A stretch of DNA of 64,000 nucleotides from Pseudomonadota bacterium (GCA_031416315.1 JANOTL010000115.1:1-64000); one strand, 5' to 3'; counted from the first letter of the stretch, positions 10,408 through 20,014 are shown. A program made the numbers and translations. The notes: generated by a model not told the origin, from the sequence alone.

Positions 10408-10821
10408 TTAGTGGGCCGATTTCTTCTTTTTCTTCGTCGGGGCGCGCTTGGCGACGGTCGAGCCCCGCTCGACGCGCGCGATCTGCTGCGTCGTCAGGCC
10501 GAGCTGTTGCATGAACTCACGGCTGGTGAGGCAGGGCTGACCGACGGCGGCGGCGCTCTTGTCGATGACTTTGAAGCTGCAATCCGGGGCGATTTCGGCC
10601 ACTGGCGCGTCGATTGTGACCGTCTCTCCCGTCGTCGCGGCGGCGGCGTCCGCGGCCAGCTCGCCGCGGGAGACCAGACCGACGGGCGCGATCTTGAAGG
10701 CGCCCTCCTCGTCGATCGTCTCGGTCTTGGGATCGAGGGGGGCCGAAGCCTGATCATTAGTTACGCAGCCAACGAGGGCAGCGAGGGCGAAAACGGCGGC
10801 GAGGACGGTTTGGAGTTTCAT
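10408..10821 (-). CDS. Hypothetical lipoprotein
   Basis: Signal peptide with lipobox LVGC; Lys-rich C-terminus. Confidence 0.7.
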   Translation of the reverse strand: MKLQTVLAAVFALAALVGCVTNDQASAPLDPKTETIDEEGAFKIAPVGLVSRGELAADAAAATTGETVTIDAPVAEIAPDCSFKVIDKSAAAVGQPCLTSREFMQQLGLTTQQIARVERGSTVAKRAPTKKKKKSAH

Positions 10822-11086
10822 GAGTAAGGCCTTACTTTCCCTAAAGGGGTTCGTCGATTAGGGGGCCCTTCTAATGTCCGCACGGAGTCCGTGTCAAGCG
10901 AGGCGCCGGATCAGGAAAAGAGTATGACGGAAATGGACTATTTACGCCCATCCCACGCCTCAGGTATTCGTCGCCAATTGGTGGAACTCCCGGGTCTCTC
11001 GACCCACCCCCCCCGAGCTCGAGGGGACCAGGCGCCGTCCGGGCCCCTTGGTTCTGATCGCTGCTCGCTTCGGAGCGCCTCGTTCG

Positions 11087-11311
11087 ATGACTCAGCCATC
11101 CCTCACGTTACCCCGACCCGCTGGCCGCGCTTCCGGCGTCAAGCTGCGGCACGTGGTCCTCGGAGCGACCGTCGTCCTAATGGTGCTTAAGCTGATGACG
11201 CAGCACCACGTCGGTGGCCTCGGCGCTCTGCCCGAGCCGAGCGACACCTACATCAGCGACGCGGAGCCCGCGGAGCTCGACATGTCGAGCGTCGAGGAGC
11301 AGGGCGAGTAA
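11087..11311 (+). CDS. Small single-TM hypothetical protein
   Basis: MTQPS...VVLGATVVLMVLKLM hydrophobic segment, acidic tail. Confidence 0.4.
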   Translation: MTQPSLTLPRPAGRASGVKLRHVVLGATVVLMVLKLMTQHHVGGLGALPEPSDTYISDAEPAELDMSSVEEQGE

Positions 11312-11313
11312 AG

Positions 11314-11658
11314 CTACGGTCCGAGATGCTTCTTGATGAGCTGGTCGGCATAAGCCGCCGTCGCGCATCCCGGAGCCTCCCCGGACGTCGCAGCCGCTGG
11401 CTTGGCCGAAGGCCCGCAGCCGCAGCCGGTGCCGTGAACATGGTCCGCCTTAGGCCGCGAGGCCGCGCTCGCGCCCCCGACGCCTGGGCTCCTGTTCACC
11501 AGGGGCGCCGCCGCGAACCCGGTGAAGGCGAAAGGCGCCACCTGCTTAGCCAGGCTCGACGCCCGGCACGTAGGGCAAGCCGGGGTCGGTCCGTCGAGCT
11601 TCACGAGCAGAGTGCAGCTCGCCCCACACCCTTCGCACACGTAGTCGTAAAGCGGCAT
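11314..11658 (-). CDS. FmdB-family zinc-ribbon protein
   Basis: MPLYDYVCEGCG...ACPTC, HVHGTGCGCG; GGAGG upstream. Confidence 0.85.
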   Translation of the reverse strand: MPLYDYVCEGCGASCTLLVKLDGPTPACPTCRASSLAKQVAPFAFTGFAAAPLVNRSPGVGGASAASRPKADHVHGTGCGCGPSAKPAAATSGEAPGCATAAYADQLIKKHLGP

Positions 11659-11755
11659 CATCCCTCCAGTCATAGCCTTTCCATTGTAATTCACTCTCGC
11701 GGCGATTGTCGGAACGCGCCTCAAGTCGTGGCATCCCCTGCCGATCCTCCTGATC

Positions 11756-13060
11756 ATGCAACGCTTTTGGCAAAAAATCGCGGACCCCGACGCGAGGGCC
11801 TTCACCGCCTCCTGGCTCGTCGTGCGCGACGAGACGATGGGGATGCTGACCTACGTCGGCGGCCTCGCGTTTCACCTCGGCGCGCTCGCGGTGGAGCCTT
11901 TCGTCGCGCACGAAAGCTATGTCGAGCCGCTGCGCTGGATGCACCTTGGCGTCATCGTCGTGAATCTAGTTTGGCTCTTCGCCCTCAGGCCGCGGCGCGT
12001 GCCCGGTCGGCACTTCGCCATGCTCTGTCACTTGGTCGTCGCCTTCACCTACGCGGCGATCGCACGCCATTGCCACGCCGCCGACGCGTGCCGCCCGACG
12101 CACTTTGCAGCCGGGACGATGTGCTTCGTCACCATCGCGACGGCGCTGCTGATCATCCTGCCGTTCCACCGGCCGGCCGCGATCGTCGCCGTTTTCGCCG
12201 CCTATTGCGGCCTCGGCGCTTGGATCCTGCTGGGTAGCGACCAATTCGCGACGGCGTTCCCGATCGTCGTGGTCGGCTGTGCCTCCGGCGCGGTCATGCG
12301 CGCCGCGTTCACCGTCTGGACCCGGATCGAGGCGCAGCGCGAGTTCAAGATCCGCCGGCAGATCGCGCCGCTCACGGTCGTGCGCCGCTCGACCGAGGAC
12401 CCGCGCCCGATCGACGAGGTCTTCGCGCCCGCGATGCGCCCGACAGTTTGCGTGTCGAGCGACTGGCGCAATTACCAGAGCCTCAGCTCGACCTTGACGC
12501 CGGAAGCGCTGGCCGCTGCCTTGAACGCTTATTACGAGATGTGCGAGCGCGTCCTCGCCGAGGTCGCGCCGAACGGCGACTACTACTCGGACTGGATCGC
12601 TGACGAGCTTTTCATCGTCTTTTTCGCGGAAGCGGGCTTCGCCCACGCGGAGATCGTGTGTGAGGCGCTCCGCTTCGCGGAAAGACTGCTCGAGGAGAAG
12701 GCCCGGTTCGTCGTCGAGCACCAGCACCCGCGCGCCATCGACATCGGCGTCGCCGCCGGCGCCGCCCTCGTCGGCATGATGGGGCCAGAGGCGCATCGCA
12801 AGGCGACGGCCCTCGGCGAGGTCCCCGGCCGGGCGCGCCGCTTGCAAATCGTCGGGAAGAAGCTGCGCGCCGACTTCGGCGAGCGCGACCGCGTGATCTT
12901 CGGCAAGGAGGTGCTGGCGCTCGTCGGCAACGCGTGGCCCGGGGTCTCGAGCTTCGAGCTGCCCCCAGGGCAAAAGCTTCGCGACCTGGACGACGGCGAG
13001 ATCTTCTTCCTCGGCGGCAAGGACCCCGCCAATGGGGCGGCAAATCCCGAGGTCGCTTGA
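11756..13060 (+). CDS. Multi-TM protein with a divergent class III nucleotidyl cyclase domain
   Basis: About 6 TM, then VCVSSDWRNY, WIADELFIVF, IDIGVAAGAALVGMMG, ATALGEVPGRARRLQ. Confidence 0.7.
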   Translation: MQRFWQKIADPDARAFTASWLVVRDETMGMLTYVGGLAFHLGALAVEPFVAHESYVEPLRWMHLGVIVVNLVWLFALRPRRVPGRHFAMLCHLVVAFTYAAIARHCHAADACRPTHFAAGTMCFVTIATALLIILPFHRPAAIVAVFAAYCGLGAWILLGSDQFATAFPIVVVGCASGAVMRAAFTVWTRIEAQREFKIRRQIAPLTVVRRSTEDPRPIDEVFAPAMRPTVCVSSDWRNYQSLSSTLTPEALAAALNAYYEMCERVLAEVAPNGDYYSDWIADELFIVFFAEAGFAHAEIVCEALRFAERLLEEKARFVVEHQHPRAIDIGVAAGAALVGMMGPEAHRKATALGEVPGRARRLQIVGKKLRADFGERDRVIFGKEVLALVGNAWPGVSSFELPPGQKLRDLDDGEIFFLGGKDPANGAANPEVA

Positions 13061-13206
13061 CCTTTCCCGGCTTTCGCGGGGGGCTGCCGACCCGACGGCC
13101 GCGATCGGACCGAGCTTCTGATAAGCTCTTGCCGGGGCGTCTTTCCCTTTGGTAAGGTCGCCGCTCAGAATTTTGAGCGAAGCCGTGACGTTACGAAAGG
13201 AAGATC

Positions 13207-13407
13207 ATGCCAGGGATCAAGGTACGGGAAGGCGAGCCGATCGACAAGGTGCTGCGCATCTTCAAGAAGCAGGTCGAGAAGGCCGGCGTCATCGGTGATC
13301 TTAAGAAGAATCAGCACTACGAGAAGCCGTCGGTGAAGCGCAAGAAGAAGGCGATCGCCGCGCGCAAGCGCCGCATCAAGCAGCTTCGCAAGATGGGCCG
13401 CGCCTAA
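13207..13407 (+). CDS. rpsU: 30S ribosomal protein S21
   Basis: [27 protein letters not shown]...[12 protein letters not shown]. Confidence 0.96.
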   Translation: MPGIKVREGEPIDKVLRIFKKQVEKAGVIGDLKKNQHYEKPSVKRKKKAIAARKRRIKQLRKMGRA

Positions 13408-13430
13408 GGCCTCTTTGCTGTTGAGCTCCG

Positions 13431-14747
13431 CTGGATAACGTCACGCATAGCTTGTTCGGCGCCGCCGTCGCCGAAGCCGCGATTCAAATGCGCGCGGCTT
13501 TGGCGAGGCGGCGTTCTTCGTCCGGGGACGGCGCAACGCGACCGGACGCCGCGGGCGTCAGCTTGCACGCGCAGACGGCGCCGAGCCTGTCGCACCGGGC
13601 CGCGCTCTATCTCACCTCGATCGTCGCGAGCAACGTCCCCGACCTCGATCTGGTGCTGTCGCCCCTGATCCCCGGAAAACTCGGGTATCTGCTGCATCAC
13701 CGCGGCCACACGCACACGCTGGTCTTCGCCATTCCGCTCGCTCTGCTGTGCCTCGCAGTCCCCTGGTTCTACTCGCGGCGGCGGGCGCACCTTTGGAATC
13801 GCGGCGATTGGGGCTGGCTCGTCGCGGTGGCGATTCTCGGACCGGTCGTCCACTTGGGGCTCGATTTCGGGAACAGCTACGGCGTCCACCCATTCTGGCC
13901 TTTCGATGCGCGCTGGTATTTCGGCGACCGTGTCTTCATCGTCGAGCCGAGCTTCTGGCTCGCGCTTTGCCCCGCGCTTTTCCTCGCGTCGCGACGCGGC
14001 GGACCGCGCCTTCTTTGGGGCGCGATCTTTCTTGCGGCCTTGGGGCTCGAGCTCTTCAGCGGCTTCGTGCCCTTACCCCTCGGCACCGCGTTCGCGGTGA
14101 TGGGCGTCGGCCTCGTCGTGGTCTTGGCGTGGATGGGACCGGGGTGGCGCATCGCCGGCTCGGGCTTTGCGGCGCTCACGATCATGGCGCTCTACTACGG
14201 CGCCGGCGCTCTGGCGAAGGGGCGGGTCGAAACGATGCTCGCGAGCGCCTATCCGGAATGGCGCTCGCTCGACAACGTCATGGCGCCGATGCCGTCGAAT
14301 CCTTTGTGCTACTCGCTGATCGCGCTGCAAGTGCGGGGCGAGACGTTGACGCTCCGTCGGGGCGCGTTCGAGGTCTTCCCGTCTTTCCTGCCGAAGGTGG
14401 CTTGCCCCGAGATCTCGAGGATGGGAACGATGCCTCTGGCCTCGGCCGGCGCGAGCGAGACGCAGATGGGCGCGACCAAGATCGCCTGGATCGGCGCGGC
14501 CGAGGTGTCGATCCCGGAGCTGCGGCGCTTGCATCGTGAGCGTTGCGACGTCGCGGCATTCTTGCGGTTCGCGCGCGTACCGTACGTGACGACTTCGGCC
14601 GAAGGTCTGATCGTCGGAGATTTGCGCTTCGATCGGGCGAAGGGCGCCGACGATTTCGCCGATCTCGTGTTGGAGCCGGTGGCGGCGCCTTGTCCGGAGC
14701 GCGTGCCTGAGTGGGCGCCGCCGCGGGCGGACGTGCTTTCGGATTGA
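13431..14747 (+). CDS. Inner-membrane metal-dependent hydrolase (YdjM-like); probable CTG start
   Basis: (L/M)DNVTHSLFGAA, SNVPDLD, HHRGHTHT, HLGLDFGNSYGVHPFWPF, DLRF. Confidence 0.85.
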   Translation: MDNVTHSLFGAAVAEAAIQMRAALARRRSSSGDGATRPDAAGVSLHAQTAPSLSHRAALYLTSIVASNVPDLDLVLSPLIPGKLGYLLHHRGHTHTLVFAIPLALLCLAVPWFYSRRRAHLWNRGDWGWLVAVAILGPVVHLGLDFGNSYGVHPFWPFDARWYFGDRVFIVEPSFWLALCPALFLASRRGGPRLLWGAIFLAALGLELFSGFVPLPLGTAFAVMGVGLVVVLAWMGPGWRIAGSGFAALTIMALYYGAGALAKGRVETMLASAYPEWRSLDNVMAPMPSNPLCYSLIALQVRGETLTLRRGAFEVFPSFLPKVACPEISRMGTMPLASAGASETQMGATKIAWIGAAEVSIPELRRLHRERCDVAAFLRFARVPYVTTSAEGLIVGDLRFDRAKGADDFADLVLEPVAAPCPERVPEWAPPRADVLSD

Positions 14748-14763
14748 TCCGCCGCTGCCTATT

Positions 14764-16359
14764 TCAACTCAGGTAAAGCGCGACCAGCCTGGCCACGGAA
14801 ACTGCGAGGTAGATCCCGAGAAATCCGCCGGCGACGCGCGATCCCGAGCGCGCCGCCAAGGTCGTCCCTCCGAGGATCACGAGCAAGCTCGCCGCGCTTG
14901 GAATCGTGTAGGTCAGCGCCGGCGTGTAATGCGGATAGCTCGCGACGATGATCACGAGGGCCGTCGCGAGTCCCAGCGTCAACCAGCCGAGCGGAACCTT
15001 GATCCCCTTCGGTCTTGCGAATGCCAAGAGCGCCGTCGCCAAAAACGGCGCGTAACAGATCGCAGCGTACCCGTGCTCCGCATCGTGCCAGAAGCGAAGG
15101 GCGAACGCGTAACGTCCGGCCTGCAGGTGGTCGATCAGCTCGCCCCATAGCGGCAGCTGCAGCCCTTCCTGAAGCTGAAAGGTCCGCTTCGGGATCTGCT
15201 CGGCGACGAAGGGATGTTCCGCGAAAAATGCCGCGATCGTCGCGCCGAGGCCAGCCTTGGGGTAGGGGAGCTTCTGCCCCGCGAGGAAGAACTCGCGCAG
15301 AAGCACGTAGTTCTCTTCGAGCCAAAGGCGCTTGACGAGACTCCAGGGCAAAGAGAAGCCAAAAACCATCGCCGTGACGACCGTCGCGGGACGAAGGCCG
15401 CTCCTGACCATTGCGACCATGACGGCGATTGGAAAAAGTAGGGCGGCGCTCAAATGAAAATTGATCGCAACGCCCCAACACGTGCCGACGAGCACCGCGT
15501 CCAAGAGCCGTCGTTCTCGTGACCGCCAAAGATAAATGCCGCTGAGGGTGCACGAAGCGCCCGCGAGCTTGAACCACGTATAGATGCTGTTCAGCAGTCC
15601 AAAGGGCGTGAGAAACGGCACAAGCGCCACCCAGGGAGCCCAAGGGCGAGGCACGGCCAAGCTCGCCAACGCGCACAGTGGCACGTAGGCCGTGACGTTG
15701 AAGACAAGTCCCAGAAGCGTGTACGCAAAGAAGCTGTCGGCTAAACGCGGCGAGAGCGCTTCGATCATGCGTCGCAAGACCGAGAGCACGACCCCGGCGC
15801 CCATCTCGCGATCCTGGACCTGATAGATCAGGGCGTTGGCACCGTAGTACTTCGAAAAGGGCTCGTGCTCGGCGATGGCCTTCGCGTTGAAGCTTTGGAA
15901 GGTGTTGTCGTGCGCCCGCCAGGCGCCCTTCATTTGTGTTACGACGCTCGGTTGATCGAAGTCAGAGATCGGCCGCGTCGTCGGCAGGAACAGATACGCA
16001 TAGCTCGCGCAAAGGACGACCGTCAGTCCCGCCAAGGGACTGGGCGCTCGTCTCGAGCCGAGCACCACCCGTAGAAGTCGCCTGCGGTAGCGCCGCGCTG
16101 CAAAGAGGCACGCGCCACTCTGCGCCAAAAAGCTGCCGAGAAACACGGCGCTCGGCAGCCGCACGTCGAATCCGCCCTCGATCGCGACGTTCAAGAGCAG
16201 GTAGAGCGGCAGATAGCTGAAGATCGACACGGGAAACGCCAGGCACCACCAGCGCCGAGACGAGCCGAGCCGTCGGCGCACGGCCGGCACGGCGCCCAAG
16301 ACGAGAAATCCCGGCGCGAGCGCCAGCGCTGGGGCAAAGACCGCTAGCGCCAGCGCCAT
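14764..16359 (-). CDS. Polytopic membrane protein, possibly a GT-C-fold glycosyltransferase
   Basis: More than 10 hydrophobic segments, a large first extracytoplasmic loop (HDNTFQ...QDREMG), YTWFKL motif; function is inference. Confidence 0.5.
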   Translation of the reverse strand: MALALAVFAPALALAPGFLVLGAVPAVRRRLGSSRRWWCLAFPVSIFSYLPLYLLLNVAIEGGFDVRLPSAVFLGSFLAQSGACLFAARRYRRRLLRVVLGSRRAPSPLAGLTVVLCASYAYLFLPTTRPISDFDQPSVVTQMKGAWRAHDNTFQSFNAKAIAEHEPFSKYYGANALIYQVQDREMGAGVVLSVLRRMIEALSPRLADSFFAYTLLGLVFNVTAYVPLCALASLAVPRPWAPWVALVPFLTPFGLLNSIYTWFKLAGASCTLSGIYLWRSRERRLLDAVLVGTCWGVAINFHLSAALLFPIAVMVAMVRSGLRPATVVTAMVFGFSLPWSLVKRLWLEENYVLLREFFLAGQKLPYPKAGLGATIAAFFAEHPFVAEQIPKRTFQLQEGLQLPLWGELIDHLQAGRYAFALRFWHDAEHGYAAICYAPFLATALLAFARPKGIKVPLGWLTLGLATALVIIVASYPHYTPALTYTIPSAASLLVILGGTTLAARSGSRVAGGFLGIYLAVSVARLVALYLS

Positions 16360-16473
16360 CCGTGGCTCTGGGTTGCGCGCTGCGGTGAGCGCTTGGACGC
16401 AGAGCGCAAGAAATCCGGCGGCGGCGACGAGCCAAAGCCAGAATCCAGGGGATTTCGCCCGCGCGTGAACGAC

Positions 16474-18564
16474 TCAACCGGCCGCGACGGCACGCGGCGC
16501 GGCGATGCGCGCGGTGCGCACCGAGATGCCGACCAGAATCACCGCAACGAGCGCCGCGAACGCTTGGGCCCCCATCGACTCCACGTAGTGATACATGCCG
16601 AGCGCGTCGATCGTCGGCGCCCACGGCAAGGTCGTCGGCGTCACATAGCCTGCTTCGATCAGCTCCTTCACGGCCTTGCCGGCGAGAACGATCGAGATGA
16701 CGATCATCAGGCTCGAGGTCACGAGGAAGAACTGGCGCAGCGGCAAACGCACGCCCAGCTTCATGATCGCCCAGCAAAGGACGAAGAGCACCAGGCTTCC
16801 GGCGACGAAGCCCGCGCCCACGGCGCTCACGGAGGCGGCGCTGCTCGTCAGCGCGGCGTAAAAGAGCACGGTCTCCGCGGCTTCGCGGTAAACGGCGATG
16901 AAGGCGAGAAAGAAGAGCGCGACGGTCCTAGTCTCGCCCGCTCCGGCGAGGCTCTTGCCGCTGCGCTTCAAGAAACCGTCCCAGCGGCTGCGCTCCGCTT
17001 GATTGAGGAGCCAGAAGCTGACGTAAAACAGGACGACGGCCGCGATGCCGGTCGAGACCGCCTCGACCGTCTCGCGCGTGGCGCCGGTGATGCTCATCGC
17101 CTTGATGAAGATGAAGTAGGTGGCGAAGCCGGCGACCACGGCGCTGATCCAGCCGACGTGGATCCAGCGCTTGCGCTCGCCGACGCCGGATTTGGTGAGC
17201 AAGGTGAGGATGGCGCCGACGATCAGAAAGGCCTCGAAGCCTTCGCGCAGGATGATGACGAACGACGTGAAGAAGTCGCCGGTGCCGCCTTCGACCGAAG
17301 GCGCGCCGCTTTTTGGCGCCAAGAGCGTCGCGGCGTGCACGAGCTCGAGGTCGAGCTTGGCCATCGCCTGGGCGAAGCCCTCTTTCTGATCGTTTCGCGC
17401 CTGCTCGCGCGCCGCGATGAAGTCCTGCTCGGCACGCGTGACGTGCGCCGAGTCCTTGATCCTCAGCGTCGTCTCCAGCTTCTCGTAGCCATTGAGGTAG
17501 GCGTCGAAGAGCGCATTCTCCGCGCCGGCGGCGTCGCCCGCCGCAAATTTCGTCCGGGCGGCGGCGACCAGCTCCGTCGTCCGCGCCAACGCGGAGGCGA
17601 GCTCATTCGGCTCGGGCGCCTCGTCGACTTTCGGGGGCACGACCTGCGCCGGCGTCTCGAGGCTCGCCGTCTTCGGCGTCTCTTTCAAGAATGGCGCCGC
17701 CGCGCGCAGGAGGTGCGTCGTGCGCTTGATCGCTTTGGCGTCGAGCCTCTCCGAGGCGAGCGTCGTGCGCGTCCAGGCCTCGAGCTCCCCGAAATTCATG
17801 CGCGACAAGAGGGCCAAGCTAAGGCCGCCTTTCGTCAGCGCCGCGCGCGTCGGCGCGGGGAGTTTCGCCCACAGCGCGGCGGGCGGCAGCGCGGCGTCAC
17901 CTTCGAGCGCGGCGCGCGAGGGAAAGGCGATCGCTTGGAACGCGAGGCTCCAAAGCGCCGCGTCGTCGAGCGCCTTGGCGTAGGAGATCATCCCGGTGCC
18001 TTCGACGCCGGTCAAAAGCGTGTTGTAAAACTTGAACGGCGAGGCCGACTCGACGACGCCGTCCTCGTGGAAGTTGCGCGGCAGGGGCTCGAGGCCTTTG
18101 CCGCCCGGGCCGTCGCCCTTGCCGGCGGCGCCGTGGCAGTTGGCGCAGGTGGTGCCGTAGGTCTTCTCCGCGATCCCGAGATCGGGCACGGCGGTGGGGG
18201 CCGTGTCGACCTTGAGCTCGTCGAGGATCCGGTTCCGGATCGAGCGCGCCTGCGCGCCGACGGCCGTAGCGTCGGCCTTCGCGCCGATCAGGCTTTCGAG
18301 CAGCTTGACGTTGGCCTCGAGGGCGCCGCCCGTCTCCGCGGCGAAGCGCGACTTCAGCGGCGCGAACGCGCGCACGACCTTGGCCGAGAACTCGGTCATC
18401 TCCTGGTACTCAGCCTGGCTGACGACCTTGCCGCCCTCGACCGCGCCGCCGTAGTCGCCGCCGATGTACTCGACGAGCGCGATCAGGCGCTGCACGTCGT
18501 CCTGTGGCGCGGGTGCGGCGGCGGCGATGAGGGGAATGAGGCAGAGGACGAGCGAGCGAAGCAT
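16474..18564 (-). CDS. Cytochrome c-FTR1 family iron permease fusion
   Basis: Signal peptide, EYIGGDY...EYQEM, CANCHG heme motif, ILREGFEA and VYREAAET (REGxE-type FTR1 motifs). Confidence 0.9.
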   Translation of the reverse strand: MLRSLVLCLIPLIAAAAPAPQDDVQRLIALVEYIGGDYGGAVEGGKVVSQAEYQEMTEFSAKVVRAFAPLKSRFAAETGGALEANVKLLESLIGAKADATAVGAQARSIRNRILDELKVDTAPTAVPDLGIAEKTYGTTCANCHGAAGKGDGPGGKGLEPLPRNFHEDGVVESASPFKFYNTLLTGVEGTGMISYAKALDDAALWSLAFQAIAFPSRAALEGDAALPPAALWAKLPAPTRAALTKGGLSLALLSRMNFGELEAWTRTTLASERLDAKAIKRTTHLLRAAAPFLKETPKTASLETPAQVVPPKVDEAPEPNELASALARTTELVAAARTKFAAGDAAGAENALFDAYLNGYEKLETTLRIKDSAHVTRAEQDFIAAREQARNDQKEGFAQAMAKLDLELVHAATLLAPKSGAPSVEGGTGDFFTSFVIILREGFEAFLIVGAILTLLTKSGVGERKRWIHVGWISAVVAGFATYFIFIKAMSITGATRETVEAVSTGIAAVVLFYVSFWLLNQAERSRWDGFLKRSGKSLAGAGETRTVALFFLAFIAVYREAAETVLFYAALTSSAASVSAVGAGFVAGSLVLFVLCWAIMKLGVRLPLRQFFLVTSSLMIVISIVLAGKAVKELIEAGYVTPTTLPWAPTIDALGMYHYVESMGAQAFAALVAVILVGISVRTARIAAPRAVAAG

Positions 18565-18600
18565 GGAGACCTCAACGAAGGCGCGAGCGGCAGTGCGTCG

Positions 18601-18623
18601 TTGATAATGGATCTCAAAATCAA
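18601..18623. promoter_or_regulatory. Fur-box-like inverted repeat upstream of the FTR1 gene
   Basis: GATAATGGATCTCAAAATC (18603-18621) matches 13/19 of GATAATGATAATCATTATC, within TTGAT...ATCAA, about 40 bp upstream of the start. Confidence 0.55.
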
Positions 18624-18681
18624 ACTCAAGACAAAAGAATAGCCAGCGATGCCGCTGGCTTTTTCGGCGCGTCAAGGCGGC

Positions 18682-19578
18682 TCAGTAGCGAACGCCGAGC
18701 TTCTCCAAGGTCGCGACGTCGGCTTGGCCGGTGACCGCCAGACCGTGCTTTTTCTGAAAGGCACTGAGCGCGGTGCGCGTGTCCTTGCCCATGATGCCGT
18801 CGACGTCGACCGTGACGCCGGCTTCCGCCAGCGCCGACTGCATGGCGGTGACCGCGGCCTTCGCCAGCTTCGGCGCCTTCGGGGTCTCGGTGACTGTCAG
18901 AGCCGGCGCCGTGCCCTCGTCGCCGGAGCGCTGAGCCGCGACGACCTCCGCCTTCGGATTCGGGGCGGCATGCGCCTCCGGATTCGGCGTCGAGGCGAAG
19001 CTCGTCCGAGGCGCGGCGGCGAGCGAGGTCTCGGGATCCATCACGTTCTTTGCCCCGGCGTCATCACCGGTGACCGCGTCATTCGTAGTCGTTGTCGCAG
19101 TCGCGCTCGCGTTCGCGCCCGAACCCGCCCCCAAAACCTCCCCCCCCGTCCCCGGAACCACCCCCTCCACCCCACCGGCCTTGGCACTAGCCGTTGCAAA
19201 ATCATCGGCCAAGCTCCCAAGCTCCGCGTCGGTCGGCGTGCCGGAGCGCGCCGTCGTCGGATCGACTTCGAAGACTTCGTCGTCGAACGAATCTTCCTCG
19301 TCGTCCTCCGCGAAGTCCTCGTCGTCGTCCTCCTCGCCCTCAGCGGCGGTCTCGTCGTCGAGCGAGAACTCGCCCTCGCTCACCTGGTTCTTCGCGTCGA
19401 CCGTCGGCTCGTCTTCGGTCTCGGACGCCGTCGCGTCGGCCGAAGCCTTCGCGGTCGCGGCAGGCTTCGCCTCGTCGATCGGCGCGGTCTTGTAGCTCGG
19501 CACTTGCTCGGCGGCGGCGCTTTGCGCCAAGAAGGCGCAGAGCGCGACGGCAAAGAGGGGAGCGGACGGGCGACTCAT
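18682..19578 (-). CDS. Secreted protein with an acidic low-complexity region and a C-terminal peptidoglycan-binding domain
   Basis: Signal peptide; VTAMQSALAEAG...VDGIMGKDTRTALSAFQKKHGLAVTGQAD (PG_binding_1-like). Confidence 0.8.
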   Translation of the reverse strand: MSRPSAPLFAVALCAFLAQSAAAEQVPSYKTAPIDEAKPAATAKASADATASETEDEPTVDAKNQVSEGEFSLDDETAAEGEEDDDEDFAEDDEEDSFDDEVFEVDPTTARSGTPTDAELGSLADDFATASAKAGGVEGVVPGTGGEVLGAGSGANASATATTTTNDAVTGDDAGAKNVMDPETSLAAAPRTSFASTPNPEAHAAPNPKAEVVAAQRSGDEGTAPALTVTETPKAPKLAKAAVTAMQSALAEAGVTVDVDGIMGKDTRTALSAFQKKHGLAVTGQADVATLEKLGVRY

Positions 19579-19645
19579 GGGCGACTCCTACTAGCGGCCG
19601 AAACCGTATTGATGCGTTTAGTTTCGAACCGGAACCGCGCGTCGG

Positions 19646-20014
19646 TCAAGGCTTTGATGCCTTCGCCGGCGCGCCTTCGGCCGCCTCGATCGTGCCGTTC
19701 TCGTCGTCCATGGCAGCCGGAACGTCGACGACGACGCCGTTCTCCTCGTCGTCCTCGATCGTTTCGACCGTGCTGCCGCTGCCTTGCGGCGCGAGCGGCG
19801 GCCTTTGCGCGATCTTGGCCGTCGGCGGCTGCGGCAGCTCGTCGTCCTCTTTCGCGTCGCTTTCGGCCTCGAGCTCGTCCGTGTCGTGCACGCTACTCGA
19901 CGGGCCGGCGCCGGCGGCGCCGCCGTCCCGATAGCCCTGCCGGGTCAAGAGCGAGTAACAGATGCCCAGGACCGCCACGAAGACGACGAGGGCGAAAAGC
20001 GGCCATTTGCTCAC
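19646..20014 (-). CDS. Hypothetical membrane-anchored acidic protein
   Basis: N-terminal TM, acidic disordered tail; GTG start. Confidence 0.55.
   Translation of the reverse strand: MSKWPLFALVVFVAVLGICYSLLTRQGYRDGGAAGAGPSSSVHDTDELEAESDAKEDDELPQPPTAKIAQRPPLAPQGSGSTVETIEDDEENGVVVDVPAAMDDENGTIEAAEGAPAKASKP

Noticed and set aside
16393..18642. Long antisense or alternate-frame ORFs (e.g. 16393-18642 +, 26584-28617 -, 22668-24632 +, 45751-47712 -)
   Set aside because: They shadow well-supported genes, are Arg/Ala/Gly-rich without motifs, and are expected from stop-codon scarcity at high GC.
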